DNA of 64,000 nucleotides from Rhina ancylostomus (GCA_030265395.1 JARFYF010000046.1:13189777-13253776), one strand, 5' to 3'. Positions 1 through 12,649 are shown, counted from the first letter of the stretch. Numbers and translations: made by a program. The notes: generated by a model from the letters alone, not told the origin.

Positions 1-76
1 TTTTCTTTGGAATTTAAAGATTACCCTTCATACACTGCAAAACTGAAAACGGTACCACATCACATTTTTGTAGTGT

Positions 77-187
77 TTAATATGATGCACAGCATCCTTT
101 AATTCCACAACCTTGGTCCTCCAATCTTGCCTTCAGCACTGTGTAAGGTGGGCTATATTCTCTCATTTCTATCATAGACAAAGTCAC
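77..187 (-). CDS. Candidate exon, possibly terminal, of an unidentified minus-strand gene
   Basis: Very strong minus-strand acceptor (ttaactgctcctctttccttcctctcatttttag|GTG at 187). Phase 0 reads VTLSMIEMREYSPPYTVLKARLEDQGCGIKGCCASY* (stop at 77-79). Phase 1 reads (G)DFVYDRNERI* (stop at 153-155). No homolog recognised. Confidence 0.35.
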   Translation of the reverse strand: MTLSMIEMREYSPPYTVLKARLEDQGCGIKGCCASY

Positions 188-2662
188 CTAAAAATGAGAG
201 GAAGGAAAGAGGAGCAGTTAACAAAAAAAACGTCACAAGCTGTATTCCACCCAAAGTACAACATTTAGTGATGTGTTGGGAGACCATTAAAACCTGAGAT
301 CGCTTGGGATACAAAGACTACATTGTTAGTTGCAAATAATTACCAGTTGTACATTGAATGAGAATGCCAGATCTTAGAAGTCTGTTCTCTTTCTGAAGGG
401 ACCATAAAACTTCCCTGAACAATGTCCTCGCTTTGTTCAATTAAAACTTCCCCTGGATATCTCATCTTTTCTTAAATCATCTGCTAGAAAATGTTAATGT
501 TTTTAATTATGAAGAAGCTGCAGTTCCACAGATCAACACTACCCCATAGGAAAGTGATGCTTAATATATTATGGCACTAAATCCCAAAACAGCTTTCACA
601 TCGGGCCCAGATTGAATTTCATTAGCTATTACACTGCACAGGCTGTCTCAATATGTAGTATAAATGGCTACAAAATGCTTGCAACACATAACACCTTGCC
701 AAAATAGACTTTTGCAATAAAGTGGTGTTTATAGATCAATGCAAACAATTTGGGAAGTGAATTGTAGAATTGTTATTTGTTGTTGCTGTTACATTATCAG
801 AATAGTGCTGTCACCTACAGCAGAGCACTAAGATTCCAAAGACTACAAGAGACGAATTAGTCTTCAGCCATTAACACTAAATACACAACATGGTGTTAGC
901 CATACATCATAATCCCCTTCTGAAATTCAATCTCCTTGAATTCAATGCAACTGAATTTCAGAAGAGAAGTGCAGTGCACTGCCTTCACCGCAGTGCATGC
1001 TCAACAAGGTACATGAGTTCAAATTCTGCTAAGGCAGCTTGTGAATTTAAAGTCAGTTTAAAAAAAAATTGGAAGGAAATAGCTGATGTCTGTGAAGTAG
1101 CCATGTAGCTATCAGGTTATTGTAGAATTGGTTCTCTTGTGTCCTTACCAAGTCTGACCTTTATGTGACTCCAGGCTCATGTCACTATTGCTGCTTCTTA
1201 ATAGCTCTCTAAAGAGGTCTAGCTAGGCATTCAGTTGAATCAATCTGCTAATACCTTCTCTAGGACAAACTAGAAATGGACCATAAAATGCCTGCCTTGT
1301 CAGAGGCAACATATCCTGACGATAAATAAGAAATTTTAAAATGCGTATTGGTTCACACTTCTGCTGTGTTGCCATGCCAGATTTTGTACTAAAATAGTAT
1401 ATGTTTATCAGAGCAGTCATGCAAGACTTGATGTACAATCTATCATTCTTATCCTCTGCACTCTTTTGGTGGAGAACTTTTCATTTAACATAAATGTGCT
1501 AACGTGTGATTAAGGGGATACGACAAGTTTAATAAATGGTGCAAAGGTGACTCTGATGTAAAAATAAAATAAATAGCCTCTTTCTACTGGGATTGGAGAG
1601 CAGGTTCCTGCTGTTTGGGAGAGTCTGAAACTGTATTTAATGATGTACTGAGTCCTAAGGTTATTCTCTCAACACATAGCCCATTAGAAGGGTACAAGCT
1701 CCAGTGGGCCTGGCTAACTTCTATTATTTTTCATTTTTCATTCACTTCTCCCTGTGTTTCTTTCCAGGTACATTTCTTATCTGCACACATACTCCTGAGG
1801 CTGAGGTAGTGGGTGAAATGTAGCTGTAGATTTCTTTCTGACCACTGCATGGATAGAAGTGATAGCAGGCTGAGACCTGTCAATGTTGCCTACTTTCTCC
1901 CTGGATTCTCACTTAAACAGTTCAGCTGAAAGATGACAAAACCTGCTGAGCTGAGTCACGTCCCCACCTGCCTCATCCTGGAGATGGCACTCCTCTTGGA
2001 ATGTTCTGCATGAATTAAAACTTAATCTCCTGGACACCACTGCAAGCAGCTCAGGAGAAAAAAATCAGAGGAGCATTTGAAAAAATATCATTATCTTTGA
2101 ACGCTTTTTTAGTAGCTAAAAATAAAATTGCAGATGACCAAAATGTTTATTTTTGATGGCTTGAAGCCAAAAGGTCATATCAGGAAACCTCTGGGAATAC
2201 ATCCAGTCAGATCTGACAATCCTACTGCAAATAGAGCTGGCAGGAAAACCCATTGTGCAGCAGCAAAGTGGCTAATTGTTATAGTTACTAAACTCTGGAC
2301 CATCAAATTCTTACTGCAAAACATCAGCCAGTACTGATGCATGATTATAGTTTGTTAAAGACCCGATTAGTAATTGGAATGTTTTAGTCAAGAATAATTT
2401 CACATGTTCACCCATAGAAACACAAAATTAGATAAATAAAACTCACTGAAATATCAGAAGGCCTACTAATCTATTGCCCTAATGAAACCCAACACAAAAC
2501 TTTATCCCTCGGGCTGGAAAAACATTGCTCCACTGATCTCTAATGAATTTTAAATGTAAAAATTATCTCTTATGCAGCAGGAGAAGTAATTAAAACATTC
2601 TAGTAAATAGATCGGCAGTTCTGTGCAAAAGGACACAGATAAGCTCCGTCAGTTAGTGTTAA

Positions 2663-2724
2663 TTATACTTTTGTAAACAAGTTTGTACCAAGGTGGCACT
2701 CAGGGGGACTATGAGTCTGTGTTA
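2663..2724 (-). CDS. Candidate short exon of the same putative gene
   Basis: Strong acceptor ctgactgatttctatcttctttttgcag|TA. It either ends at a weak donor G|gtacaa at 2689 (36 nt, xTQTHSPPECHL) or reads through to xTQTHSPPECHLGTNLFTKV* (stop at 2663-2665). Confidence 0.3.
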
Positions 2725-2825
2725 CTGCAAAAAGAAGATAGAAATCAGTCAGTTACCGATAGGTCTGCAAACAGGAAAGCTTGTTACTAATCTCTTCATG
2801 AATTTAAAGGAATTGTTGCACTTAC

Positions 2826-2848
2826 ACCAATGAAATGAATTAAATTCC
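2826..2848 (-). CDS. Candidate 23-nt micro-exon
   Basis: cctaactttttgcag|GGAATTTAATTCATTTCATTGGT|gtaagt has a CTAAC branch-like motif and consensus acceptor and donor. Reads EFNSFHW or NLIHFIG depending on phase. Confidence 0.35.
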
Positions 2849-5630
2849 CTGCAAAAAGTTAGGATTGCTACTTAGCAATTTAAGACTCTTAAGACTCTTG
2901 TTAAAGACAGGCTTTATATTCCTGAAATGTCACTCAGTCAAACAAATTCAAGAAAGGAAAAATCGAATCTCATGAAGGTCGTAAACTGTTCTGAAATTTT
3001 TTTTTATTAATTCAGTTGTTTTCCTTTTTCATTCTGTCTCTCTGCTACTCTCAAATCTCATCATTCTTTTCATCCCTTGGTTTTTCTTTCTGTGTCTAAA
3101 TTGGCTGTAATTGACTGACTTCCTTCTTTATCATCCCTGTTTTGTTTTTCTCTGTCTTAAATCTCATGGCTAATGGTCCCATTGCTAAACTTAGCAAACC
3201 ATCATCAGCTCCACTTCCACCAATTTGAGCCAATAACGCATTGAGCTACACAGAGGGGGTAAAAGATCCAAGAAAATGATCATGTCACTTAAGAGCCACT
3301 ACAGTAAACCTTGGGGCAGAACTTCTACTGTGTTTCCTCTGATACCCTATAGCAACTCCAATCAGAGATTGCGAAAACCCCAGTCTAGGAGAGGGATAAT
3401 TTCTCCCATTGGTTTCTTCCCAACTTTACTCTCGAATTTCGGAGAATTTCAGGTATCTATGTGCATATTCAGAAATTAACTTGGAAGATCAATGTCCTTG
3501 ACAGCCCAGTGCAACTCAATAACTTTAAGTGAAGGAAAATAAATATTAGAAACAATAAAAACAGTTCAGTGATATCAAAAGTTATCTACCTTTTGATTCT
3601 CAAAACCTGACAATCATTGCATCTTGTTATAAAGGTAATATTTGATGAATGTAGCTTGTGTCTTTTATTCGGGTTGCCATTTCAGGAAGTACTTTCATCT
3701 CTCCCATTACTCACCGAGCTTTTTCTCCTCACCAAAATATCCAAGACAAATTTTAATGTAAAGTCCTATGTAATCCATAGCATTTTTATTTACAGCATTA
3801 CTGTGTTCCTATTTTTTGATGAAGCAATATTGGTTTTACAAAAGGGATAACACTCCTCTGTGATCATTTAAAAGTGTCCAAACTTTGGAATTCCCTTAAA
3901 AAAAATCAGAAGTGAATTCTCAAATTATCACAAATCTGCAAAATATTACTATAAAATTCCTATATTTTACAAACTGTCCTCCATAATCTGTTAATTTAAT
4001 TTCTAGACTTGGATTTCTTTTAAATTCATAAACATCCACTCTGTGAATTCCAAAATCATTTGTATCCCTTCATAAGACTGAAATCTTTCCCAAATGTTGT
4101 TCATTTTGCATTTGACATGTGGAGGCCATGATATTTCTCTGCAACATGAAGTGAAATAAATCCTGTTATCACTGTGGTTCAAATTGATTGGCAGTTCAGT
4201 TTAAACCCTGGAGTTTGAGTACAGAGATTTGCAATGTGTCATTGCAACATCACAACACTTTAAAGAGATGATATTTAGTTGAAAGGAATTTGAACTATCA
4301 TCACACTCTACCCTTGCTTTCAATAACCGGGATGGACCCTTCCTAAATTTGCATTCATGTAGCGGCTCTCATGCATTATCAAGTGAAAAACAGGTCGGTA
4401 AGGAAAATGAAAATGTTGTGAGGAGTAATTGAAACCTTTGCCAANNNNNNNNNNNNNNNNNNNNNNNNNNNNNNNNNNNNNNNNNNNNNNNNNNNNNNNN
4501 NNNNNNNNNNNNNNNNNNNNNNNNNNNNNNNNNNNNNNNNNNNNCAGTTATTGCCTGTGTTTGTCCTGAGGAAGTATTCTGACTCTAGTCGTGTATTGGT
4601 GTGCCGCATTTGGGTTCTCTGTGAGTTTGATCTGGATCAACATTGTGACAGAGGCAGCAGAAAGTGGAGAGACAAATGTGCTTAGGAGAACTGTAGATCT
4701 TGGAGATAAGGCAGATGAATGCATGGCTGCCAACGATGAGCAGGCTGGCTGCACCCAAACTTGAGGCAGTTGTATGCAAACTTCATCCACACCTGGGAAT
4801 ACTGATTAGAGTAAGGTCTGTTCCTGTGTCTCTGTTCTCCCTCCCTTCAGCCTATTTGGCCTAGCTCCAGTCACCGAGTCTGCTCTTGCATTCCACAGCC
4901 TAACAACCTTTTGTGTAAAATAAGACATTTCACTATCCTATCATAAATCTGGTATTTGATCATCTTCTGTGTTCTCTTTTCCTGTATCAATTGCACCTGT
5001 TCGTTCAAGTAATTTTAAACATTTCTGTTGTTACCTGTTATCTCCACCGTTCTCCATGTTCCAGGAGCTGTTTGAATTTCTTCTGACCAGGCAGCAAGCT
5101 ATTCAGCCTGTGCAGTACTCTCATAATTCTAGTGTTTATCAGCTCATAGTACTAACCAGATCAAGCCAGCCCTGAGCAATAGGGACACCTTTGGGACACC
5201 CAGCTACTGACCAATCCTTCTCCACTCCAATGTTCATTGAGTTGCTTTACACAACAGTTGACACTTTGGGCAAGATGAACTGATGTCATCTCCCTCTTCA
5301 CCAGATGTGGATGGACCTTGGTTCATCGTTTGTCCTTTTGGATGTTGATTTATGCTCCTCAACCAACCCAGTCCAAATATGAGAGCATATCTAGTAGCCA
5401 ACAATCTGATCATGGAAGAGGATACATTGGTTTATGTAGCACCAGGTGGCAGATCAAGTGTAACCAAGCTCAACAAAATTCACAGAACTACATGCAACAA
5501 ACTCCATCTACTTCTTATGTCCATTCTAGCAGTTCATAGATATCCTTCTGTTGCCTCCTTTGGTCATCAGGATTGTTTTCAATTCCTCCTCTTTTTGTGA
5601 CATCTCCAAACTTAAAAAAAAACGCTCCTT

Positions 5631-5863
5631 TCATCCCCATCTCCAGACAATGAATGCTCTTGGTCATCCCCATCTCCAGACAATGAATGCTCTTGGTCAT
5701 CCCCATCTCCAGACAATGAATGCTCTTGGTCATCCCCATCNNNNNNNNNNNNNNNNNNNNNNNNNNNNNNNNNNNNNNNNNNNNNNNNNNNNNNNNNNNN
5801 NNNNNNNNNNNNNNNNNNNNNNNNNNNNNNNNNNNNNNNNTCCAGACAATGAATGCTCTTGGT
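5631..5863. repeat. 33-bp minisatellite (tcatccccatctccagacaatgaatgctcttgg)n, interrupted by a 100-N gap
   Basis: Three identical head-to-tail units at 5631-5729 plus a partial unit. The same unit resumes after the gap at 5841. No spacers. Confidence 0.9.
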
Positions 5864-6039
5864 GAAGGGAAGCTTTCTCGGAAAGGAACATTGTGGGACA
5901 GTGTAACCAGTGAAACAAGAAAATACTCTGGGACTTAGGTGTTCAGTTCAATGTTCCTCTTTTTTTGATCAGTTTTAATGATGTTTATTAGTTCCACCCT
6001 TACCCACTTTCCAACTCAGAGCCACAGAATGATACCAGC

Positions 6040-6950
6040 ATGCAAGGAGAGTACTCAGCCCATGGAGTCTGTACCAGTTTGATGCAAGAACAGTCCTGCT
6101 GGTCTCACTCCCCCACTCTCTCAACATGGCCCTGCAAATTCTTTTTTTTAAAATATAAACTGATCCAGCTTCCTTTTGAATGCTATAAACGAATCTGCCT
6201 CCACTACCCCTCCCAGTGCTGTCCACACCTTAACCATTGGCTGCATAAAAACACTTTGCCTCCTCTTACTTTTGGTTCTTTTTCCAATTACTTTCCTTCT
6301 TTTGTCTTCACCTTCCTTCTATATCCCTGGTTCTTGACTGTTCCACCAATGGAACAGATTCTCTCCATATACTCTGTCTATAACCTTCATGGTTTTAAAT
6401 ACCACTAGCAAATCACCTCACAACTTCCTCCGTACCAAAGAGAATAACACCAACTTCTTCAGTCCATATTTCCTTGAAATCTATTTACTATCTTTCCGCA
6501 CAGTTCAAGTTTTGTGTCATCGTCAAATTTGGAAATCATGTCCTGTACACCCAAATCCAAATCATTAATATGTATTAAGAAAGTAAGTAGTCCCAGTACC
6601 AGTCCCTGGGGTAATCACTGCATACTGACCTCCTGTCCATAAAAAAAACAACCATTTGCTGCTGTTCTCTGTTTTCTGTAACTTCACCAGTTTTCTTTTC
6701 ATGATGCCATAGTTCCTTTTATTCCATCAAGCATGATGAAAAGACTGTTATGTGGCCCCTTATCAAATGCCTTTTGGAAGCCCACAATACCACATCCAAC
6801 AATTCCATGAAGGCTTTCTCTATCAATCCACACTTCCAAATAACTGATAATTCTGTTCCTGATTATTGTTTCAATTGCTTTCCCCAGCACTAAGTTTAAA
6901 CTGACTGGTCTGTAATTATTGAGTTTGTACTTGCGCCCTTTTTTGAACAT
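6040..6950 (-). mobile_element. Decayed CR1-family LINE (reverse-transcriptase fragments plus 3' end)
   Basis: Minus-strand frames give NYRPVSL, FQKAFDKGPH and a KFDDDTKL-like (FADD) motif near 6505-6530. Broken by stops and frameshifts. Confidence 0.85.
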
Positions 6951-7829
6951 TTACAGTTCCATACCTCATGATCTTCTCCAGCAATCTCCTCTGCGATGCC
7001 TTGTCAAAGGCTCATCTTTATCCCCTCCATTATGCACTCATACCTGTGACCTCAATGATTGGCCAATATGGTATAACAATCTGAAATACTTATTAATTAC
7101 TTCATTTTAGATTGTCTTATTTAGGTTGTTGATAACTTTAGCTTTAAAGATTACTAAAGATTTTGAACAACAGGCCTGAACTTAATCGCAATCTCAGTCA
7201 CATGCTTGATACTCTCTACACTACTCCACAGAGCCTTAATGTGATTTGTTTTTCAGTACCCTGAGAGTATGTGGACATATTCCATCTTCACTTTGTCCTT
7301 CTTTATCTGCAGTCCATTCAATGATTGTAACATCTGTTGCCTGTTTTTTAACCAGATATCTTTAGTATCATCCTCAATATTTTCCTCTGTGGTAGATATG
7401 ATTTAGTTTTCCAGCCAATGTTTGCAACTAACTCACGTCCATCATCCCTTGTGGTTTCCTTTCTGTGTTTAGTAGTTCCTCATTTATTAATTTAATTGTG
7501 TAATAGTGTTCCTTTAACATTCTTCAAGTTTCTCCCTGCCTAATTTCTTTTCTATCTATCAGTCAACCCATTAGTTTCAAATGGACCCCTCCTACCCTAA
7601 CCTTCNNNNNNNNNNNNNNNNNNNNNNNNNNNNNNNNNNNNNNNNNNNNNNNNNNNNNNNNNNNNNNNNNNNNNNNNNNNNNNNNNNNNNNNNNNNNNNN
7701 NNNNNCTACCCTAACCTTCAATTTTGGTAACTGCAGAAAACTCTATTTAAACTGAGGTCCTGCACACCTGTTCATACAGGCACAGAAGAGGAATTCTAGA
7801 GCTATCCAGAAGAAGATTCATCTGTAAAC

Positions 7830-8015
7830 AACTCTCTGAAATTCAAGTTATTTGCTCATTCATTCTACCCATTATTTGATGTGCAAAATGGCCACAGTAT
7901 TTGCCTTAACAGTAACAATCTCTATCCTTCGAAGGCAACACTTGAATGGTCAATTAATTGGAATATTCTGACAACAGTTAAGATATCATTCATAAGCAAA
8001 TTCTTCGTATTTCTT
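7830..8015 (+). mobile_element. Old SacSINE1/L2-type 3' tail fragment
   Basis: Resembles the tail seen at 9650-9775 and 52950-53100 (gtgcaaaatggcc...aacagtaac...gcaaattcttc). Confidence 0.4.
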
Positions 8016-9394
8016 TTCTTGCTTTTAGTGCATGCTTTGTTTCAACCGATTTGAAATATTTTTGCAAAATGAAGTTTGTTTAATTATGTTACTCTCTGAA
8101 CAGAACACTGGGTTATTTCAAAAGCATTAAATATTTGTCAGATTCTGTCTTCCCTCTCATACATGAATGTAATCTCATAATTGTTATTACTAAAATAGAG
8201 CTTTTATTGCAAAGTTTCTTTGATGACTCATTTTGGCAAACAAGCAACAACAAGTATTTCATGTACAACAAAATTTAAATTACCTGAAATAAACATGATC
8301 ATACTATCACATTCAAATTGTTTTAAGAACAATTTTGTAATTATAGCAACAAAGTCTGCATGGTTTTGAGAGCAGTTTTACTGGAAGCTCTGTTCTTCTT
8401 TCTCTACACCATTTAGTCTTTAATTATGACTGCCTGTTTGCATTCTGTTGTACTGCACCATACTAGATTCTCACAGAGACTGGTGGATATCTCAGCCATC
8501 TTGTCTGCACCCACAGACTTACTGACAGCTTATTACTGAGCTGTTTCTGTGCTTTTAGAAACAAGTGGGTTGTATCATGACAAAAGATGTTTCACCTTGT
8601 AGGTGTGATTAGACGTGTGTTTTATTTGTTAGTTTGCCCCACCATGTACTCTTTATGTGTACTTCTAAGGAATGACACAATTGCTGAGAAAGGTATTATG
8701 TATGAGAACACCACCCTCAGAGTTCTGTGAGGAATCTCTTGGTTTCCTATCCTGACTTTAACAAATGCTTCTAACTTTTATTTCCTTTTTTTCCAAATTT
8801 CTCCTTTCAATACCCCACTCAAGACCATTCTGCAGGTTGCTAGTGAAGAATTTTGGCACATTATTCAACCGTGGGAGACATCGTGATCCTCTTTTCCAAT
8901 TCTGGCCTCATATGCATTTCAATTTTTAATTGCCTCTTCTTTAGAACCTCAGGCCTTAAGCTCTAGAATTTTTTCCATAAGCTCTCCCGAACTCTCTTTC
9001 TCTCTCTCTTCCTCACTATCTATCTGTCTGTCTGTCACCCTCCCCTTCTCTTTAGTCATTCACTGAAAAATTTCTCATATTTTTTATTTCATCATATTGT
9101 AGCTCTGTCCTGCAAATATTGTAAGCAAGTCAAGTTAAGCCATCTGCTCCTAGTTCCCTACCAATTCTGTATCTCCCTCAGTGTGTGCATGTGAATTTCT
9201 CAGATTTATTTAAGAGGTTGTCTTGATTTACCACACCTTCCTATGATTAGCTTCTGTGGGAATGGAGACTTGCTGTGCCCTTATACTTCTGCAAAACTCT
9301 GTTGAAGTTGGCTGCCAGGAGATATTAATTCCACAACAGGTTTTCTGCACTTCTCCTGTCTTGTCTAACTCAGGTCTTGTTTGATCATGTCAAC

Positions 9395-9775
9395 TGGTAA
9401 CACTCTCATTTGGAAGTCAGACGACAACAGATTTAATTTGCAGTTCAGGATCTTGAGCAGAAACCTAGGCAGACCCTCCAGTTCAGCACTAAACAAACAC
9501 AGCACAATCAGAGATTCCGTCTTTCAGAAAGGTCAAGAACCTTAGGTCCCTATATACTTCCCCTTTTGGATGCAAGAGATTCCATGACACTACTTTGAAG
9601 GAGAGCAGGAAGTTCTTCTAGTATCCCACTAATACATAAACCAGGTGAAATAGCTTGTCATTATTACACTGCTGTTGGTGTGAACTGCCGACCTGGCATC
9701 AGAGATCATATTTTAAAGTGATTTGATATTATTCTGAGGTTGTCATAGGCACTGTATAAATGAAAATCTTTCTTT
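9395..9775 (+). mobile_element. Deu-domain SINE (SacSINE1/AmnSINE1-like), near full length, diverged
   Basis: Motif order matches my recollection of the shark DeuSINE: cttgagcagaaacctaggcagaccctccagttcagcact...ccgtctttcag...gattccatgacactactttgaaggagagcaggaagttc...cattattacactgctgtt...ggcactgtataaatgaaa. Confidence 0.7.
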
Positions 9776-10808
9776 GATTATAACTGGAAATTTTTCTTTC
9801 TATTTATTCAATTATGCAATTACTTAGCCAAATGTAGCCTGTAAGAAGGATTCAATATGAGTCAGGGGAGGGCCAGTATGAGGGTAGAGCAGGTTAGATA
9901 AAACTCCACAAAGAAGAGTTCATAGAAACAGTGATGGCAAAAAAGAGAATTATGATCATTTTATTTTTCTGGGAAGAATATTGAATCCGTTACTAATTCT
10001 CTTTTCAAACACTTGGAATGGTGTGATTTAAATAAATATTTGAATGTTGCCATATGGATTCCTCTGCAACAGCCCTATGATTCTTTCCCTGGCAGACTTT
10101 ATTAACTTTGAATTATGTGGGTGAGGGGCTGTAGTTTAGCTGTTCCCAATAATCTTTACATTTCTGAGGAAGGGCTTCATGTAAGGAAGTACCTTCCGCA
10201 CAAATGTCCACACGTAGAAGTGCCACTTAATCTTCCCACTTCCACAATAAATGAGCACTAACTGTATAACACTTGCACATGCAATCTAAATCAGCTTCTG
10301 TAATTAATGTGATTCATCGATTAACATTATTGCAAAACATTTGAAGGGATTTATTGCACCGGGCACAACACAGGCTTGGTCCTGTCCCTCTTATTACGTA
10401 TCCATTCTGATGGTTTAACTAATATGGCCAGGCTAACAATTCAGATATGAACATTCTCCATCTTCCTCTTTTTATGTGTCACTCAGCTTGAGGAAAGACA
10501 TTATAGGAATTATCATTTCCTGCTTTATCACTGCAATCAGAAAGAATGGATTTAGACTTGATTCAAGCAGCTGGTTTTCACTAAAATCACAACTTAATTA
10601 ATTACATTTCTTAGCTGCAGCAAGCATCTCTGTCTCAGTGACCTGTGTCTTACAGAGCTCTTAGATACTGTATGAGTGTTTCTGCTGTGGAATGAGAATG
10701 GACACATTAAGCATTAACCTTCTGATAGCTTGATGTTAACCAGTTCTACAAGAAGGTTCACTCATTTTCAAATGTATAAAGCTGAGATGAAATGCAACAT
10801 CCACTTAC

Positions 10809-10867
10809 GTGAATGCAGAATTCACACAAGTCATTGAACTGTGCCCTGGAGGCTTTATAACATTATC
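10809..10867 (-). CDS. Candidate 59-nt exon
   Basis: tctgttttgctgattgtag|GAT...CAC|gtaagt. Only one frame is open: DNVIKPPGHSSMTCVNSAF(T). Confidence 0.4.
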
Positions 10868-11400
10868 CTACAATCAGCAAAACAGATATGATGAGGATTA
10901 TACTGTGTGCCTAGTACTCAATAATACATAGGGTTATATCTTATAATTCACCGTTACCTTGTTTTGATTTGTTCTTTGACATGCAATTATGAAGTTATCC
11001 AAATATTAACCTCATTCTACCATTTAATTGTTATGCTGCTGTTTCAGTATATTTTGGTGCATTGGATAAATATAGCTCCCTACAGAAGTGCTTTGCATAA
11101 GCCCATTAAGGAAATGACAGCTGAGCAGCTTATAATGACATTCCTCTCCAGAATTTAACAAATTGTCCTAATATTTAAATGCTACTGGATAACCGATGAA
11201 ATGATACAGAAAAATGTGAGTGACTGAGTTCTGCTATTGGATTGTGGATCAGGACATCCAGGGATCGGAGTTAACCTGAAAGCAAGAGAATTCCTCTTGC
11301 TCCCATTTGAAACTGACTCCACTTAGTTCTTGGTTAAATAGTGATTGTAACTGTAACAATCACACTGGACTTTGACGTATCCTATTAGTCACATACTTAC

Positions 11401-11434
11401 TGTTTCAAATGGGACATTAGCACCAACAGTGCTC
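11401..11434 (-). CDS. Candidate 34-nt exon
   Basis: ctcgctgctttctcag|GAG...ACA|gtaagt. Reads xSTVGANVPFET and ends in phase 0, matching the exon at 10867. Confidence 0.35.
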
Positions 11435-11584
11435 CTGAGAAAGCAGCGAGTTCTGAACATATTTCAGAATTCTCATGTTGGCAAAATAATCTGATCTGCT
11501 GGTTCAATGGAAGCTGCAGAATTCCACCCCCAAGCATGAATGGAAAATATCAACCTTTCAACAAACCTTAGGTGGATGCTATAC

Positions 11585-11691
11585 CAATGCAAGTTCTTGT
11601 TATTTTGATGGATATCTTGGGCAATTGATGGATGACCAGCAAAAGTATGTTGCACGCTATTCGGCAATTTCTCAGTTAAACTCAGTTCACA
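11585..11691 (-). CDS. Candidate 107-nt exon
   Basis: Strong acceptor ctttttatttcttattttag|TGT. Reads CELSLTEKLPNSVQHTFAGHPSIAQDIHQNNKNLH. The moderate donor TG|gtatag is phase 2, compatible with 11434. Confidence 0.3.
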
Positions 11692-12649
11692 CTAAAATAA
11701 GAAATAAAAAGCTGTAAAAGAAATGTTATCAGGTCAGGAAGGAAACTTATTTAAAGGTTGGTAAAGGTTTCCTACTGACTCAACCGTAACTGTTCTCTGA
11801 TAATGTCAATGAACATTACTGTGTGTAAAAAAAATCAGAAAGAGAGAAAAAAATACATCTACCCAAAATAACAGTTTTTTTGTTATTTACTATATAAGGA
11901 GCATAGCTTGAAACAATTTGTACTTTTCAGAACAATTGCCAAGAAATTGCTTATACAATGATTGCATATACACTGGCCTGGCTATAAATGGCACATTTTT
12001 CTCAATTTGTTTATACTTTTCTTGAAGTTGGAGTATTCTGATAGCTAACAGGAACAGTTTCCTTTACCATTCTATTAACTAACACTAAACAAATGTCATC
12101 TTTCTCTGCAGATATAAAACAGTTACTGTCAACACTCATCGAAATAACTCCCTGGAAATGATTCTTTTTTAAATCAAGGACTGTTTTTATCTGTTTGTGT
12201 TTGTTACTCTGCTGACTTCAATAGATATTCTGCAGAGTGAAGGTTTATGGATAGGATGTTTATAATAAGGAGGTTCTTCTGCTTATGAAATACCTTAATA
12301 CACATTGTTACTCTGTCCAGGAAAAAAGCCATCTATGACATGGATATAAAATTCTTGGATGATCTTGGGGATAGTATTCAAAACATATGTATAAAATTAC
12401 CAAAATATTAGAGTCAAATGTTCAAACCTGATCAAAAAAAAAAGTCAAAACGCTGGGAAAGCTGGAAATCTGATGAATAGGAAAATGTTGAAAATACTCA
12501 GCGGGTCAAGAAGTGAGAGAAAATTGATGCTGAAGTATTAGGTTTGTTTCTCTCTTCAGAATAATTCTGACACTCTTGTTCACATTCACAATTCAAATCC
12601 CATTGTACTGTAGGTGGTAAGCTCCAACCTAACTGGCTCATGTTTCCCC

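Noticed and set aside
145-187. Cadherin-repeat resemblance of VTLSMIEMREYSPPY
   Set aside because: It lacks the DxN(D/E) calcium-binding residues, and no other cadherin-like exons are seen.
1802-1823. let-7-like sequence tgaggtagtgggtgaaatgtag (also tgaggtagtt near 33929)
   Set aside because: Only the first 9 nt match, and there is no complementary star arm or hairpin.
5631-5863. CRISPR-like array, or a repeat protein (HPHLQTMNALG)n
   Set aside because: Units abut with no unique spacers, there are no cas genes and the context is vertebrate. The ORFs exist only because 33 is divisible by 3.
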